A DNA stretch of 64,000 bases from Ignavibacteriota bacterium (lineage in GTDB: Bacteria; Bacteroidota; Ignavibacteria; UBA10030), in NCBI GenBank assembly GCA_003162695.1, contig PMML01000112.1:1073-65072 (forward strand), written 5' to 3'. The notes under the pieces were generated by a model. That model did not search any database. It was not told the DNA's origin and saw only the letters and a list, made by a program, of their open reading frames with translations. This document shows, piece after piece, positions 62,975 through 64,000 of this stretch (the stretch's first letter is position 1; every line of letters begins with the position of its first letter). The translations under genes were made by a program, and so were the position numbers.

Positions 62975-63199
62975 ATGAACGAACAAATTCAGTTACCGGC
63001 TGCTTTCCGTGTGCAGGCAAGGGTCGCACAGGAAATGCAAAAAAGTGCGGCAGCAAACATGCCCGAATCTGTAAAAGCGAAGGAGAGAAGTATAATTCTC
63101 CAAAAATGTATTACATACGTCAAGAACCCGTTTACTCTTGCCTTGACGACATGGGTGGTTATTGCCGTTTTATTTCTTATTGATATTTTCTCGAAGTAG
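62975..63199 (+). CDS. hypothetical small tail-anchored membrane protein (74 aa)
   Basis: Using the internal ATG at 62975, the single C-terminal TM is 'FTLALTTWVVIAVLFLIDIF'. No family was recognised, and a competing antisense ORF exists. Confidence 0.3.
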   Translation: MNEQIQLPAAFRVQARVAQEMQKSAAANMPESVKAKERSIILQKCITYVKNPFTLALTTWVVIAVLFLIDIFSK

Positions 63200-63530
63200 G
63201 GAAAATTAAAAATCTTTATAAATCCGCTGTACCGACACTGCAAATGTTTCCTTTTGTACTCGCATGCTGAGAGGGAAAAAACCGCAGGCGATTTATTTGA
63301 CGATGCCTTCATCATCTGCCCTTGCTCTCGATTATGAATATTAGAGTTCTCAGCGGCATCCATTCGTCATTTTTCAGGATCGAGCCGGTTCTTCAGCTTA
63401 AACGCGCTGTCGACGGTATAGATGTCTGCGGCGGCTTCACGACACGGGGAACAACAGCTGAAGCGGCAGATGCATTTTCGCTCCTCCGAAAAGCAGGCGC
63501 TCCGATTTTTTCGGCTGCAGGGAATATGGA

Positions 63531-63836
63531 TTAATGAGAAATCGATTCATATTTAACAGGCATCGACGGAAGAGGAAAATTTTTTGAATATATCGATTTC
63601 TTCGGTCTTTCCGGATGCCGTACGAAATTCAGGAAGAAGATATCCTTGTCAAGGCGGAGACCGGGTGGAAAGATGTACAGGATGCCCGCTGGAAAATTTT
63701 TGAGACGCATACGCCTCCGTCTCATACAAAACTCGATAGAGTTCAAAGGGGGCAACATGCCGGAGGCAGGTCGATTAGAAACTTTATCGAACACAAACAG
63801 CCGGATCCGGTTATCTGCGGGCTTATTCATGAGCAC
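63531..63836 (-). CDS. hypothetical protein (101 aa)
   Basis: Only the ORF supports this call. Plus-strand ORFs of similar length overlap it, and no motif was recognised. Confidence 0.25.
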   Translation of the reverse strand: MLMNKPADNRIRLFVFDKVSNRPASGMLPPLNSIEFCMRRRRMRLKNFPAGILYIFPPGLRLDKDIFFLNFVRHPERPKKSIYSKNFPLPSMPVKYESISH

Positions 63837-63945
63837 GCGGTGTCGATACTATAGGAAAAACTCAAATGATAAATTGCGGTACAGCGGTTCGGGGCATGTA
63901 TGCCCGAATTCATTTTGCTGAGAATGTGATTGTGGAGCTTTGCGG

Positions 63946-64000
63946 ATGAGTGCACAACGAATTGTTCTGTTCGATCTCGGCAATGTTTTGGTCCGCATCA
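63946..64000 (+). CDS. HAD-superfamily hydrolase, N-terminal fragment (runs off the right edge)
   Basis: My translation from the ATG at 63946 is MSAQRIVLFDLGNVLVRI. 'hhFDLGNVL' is the motif-I region typical of HAD-IA-like hydrolases. Only 18 codons are visible. Confidence 0.45.
   Translation, partial: MSAQRIVLFDLGNVLVRI

Noticed and set aside
63370-63535. A strikingly Cys-rich minus-strand reading frame (..CSRKNRSACFSEERKCICRFSCCSPCRE..) suggested a RiPP-like precursor.
   Set aside because: The frame has a stop immediately upstream, and there is no ATG/GTG/TTG start before the Cys-rich part. No maturase-type neighbour lies next to it. It is most likely a chance frame in GC-rich spacer or the 3' region.
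1-64000. I scanned the whole window for rRNA, tRNA, tmRNA, RNase P or SRP RNA genes, CRISPR arrays, and IS or transposase genes.
   Set aside because: Scanning by eye for tRNA T-arm motifs (GGTTCGAATCC-like), conserved SRP and RNase P cores, regularly spaced direct repeats and transposase-like ORFs found nothing. Absence by eye is not proof, and a tRNAscan, Infernal or CRISPR-finder run would settle it.

Overview
This is a 64-kb chromosomal core segment from a diderm bacterium. S46 and C1-type peptidases, a TonB-dependent receptor, OM barrel proteins and the dcw gene order suggest an FCB-group organism (Ignavibacteria/Chlorobi/Bacteroidota-like), but that is inference only. I support about 58 protein-coding genes. 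I found no rRNA, tRNA, CRISPR array, transposase or prophage genes. The backbone is as follows. (i) 1-7.9 kb holds cell-wall hydrolases (NlpC/P60, M23), an esterase, a GroES paralog, mgsA and a lone AmmeMemoRadiSam-type radical SAM enzyme. (ii) 8-14 kb holds addA-addB. (iii) 14.6-32.8 kb holds a complete, translationally coupled dcw cluster: mraZ-rsmH-ftsL-ftsI-murE-murF-mraY-murD-ftsW-murG-[unknown]-murC-murB-ftsQ-ftsA-ftsZ. It is preceded by a textbook-like MraZ GTGGGG repeat operator. (iv) 33-44 kb holds an S46 peptidase, a Xer recombinase, a STAS protein, ligA, rodZ, a hybrid kinase with a response regulator, and csp. (v) 44.5-47.2 kb is an AT-richer patch with a pilin-like protein and a large GT-C/TPR membrane protein. 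(vi) 48-52.7 kb holds a tandem-PDZ protein, a PAS kinase, a sigma-54 activator and a degenerate receiver behind a candidate -24/-12 promoter. (vii) 52.8-64 kb holds a C1 peptidase, housekeeping enzymes, a TonB receptor with a small ECF-S-like permease, nikR, a Cys-rich DUF116-like protein, an SDR epimerase and ahpC. I see no clear-cut novel multi-gene system such as a defence island. The best candidates for something undescribed are the NikR-linked TonB receptor/solitary S-component-like locus, the unknown 2-TM gene embedded in the dcw operon, the non-canonical pilin-like gene paired with a GT-C glycosyltransferase, and the PDZ/PAS-kinase/sigma-54/pseudo-receiver module with its repeat arrays. 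All functional calls rest on motif recognition by eye; no database search was possible.
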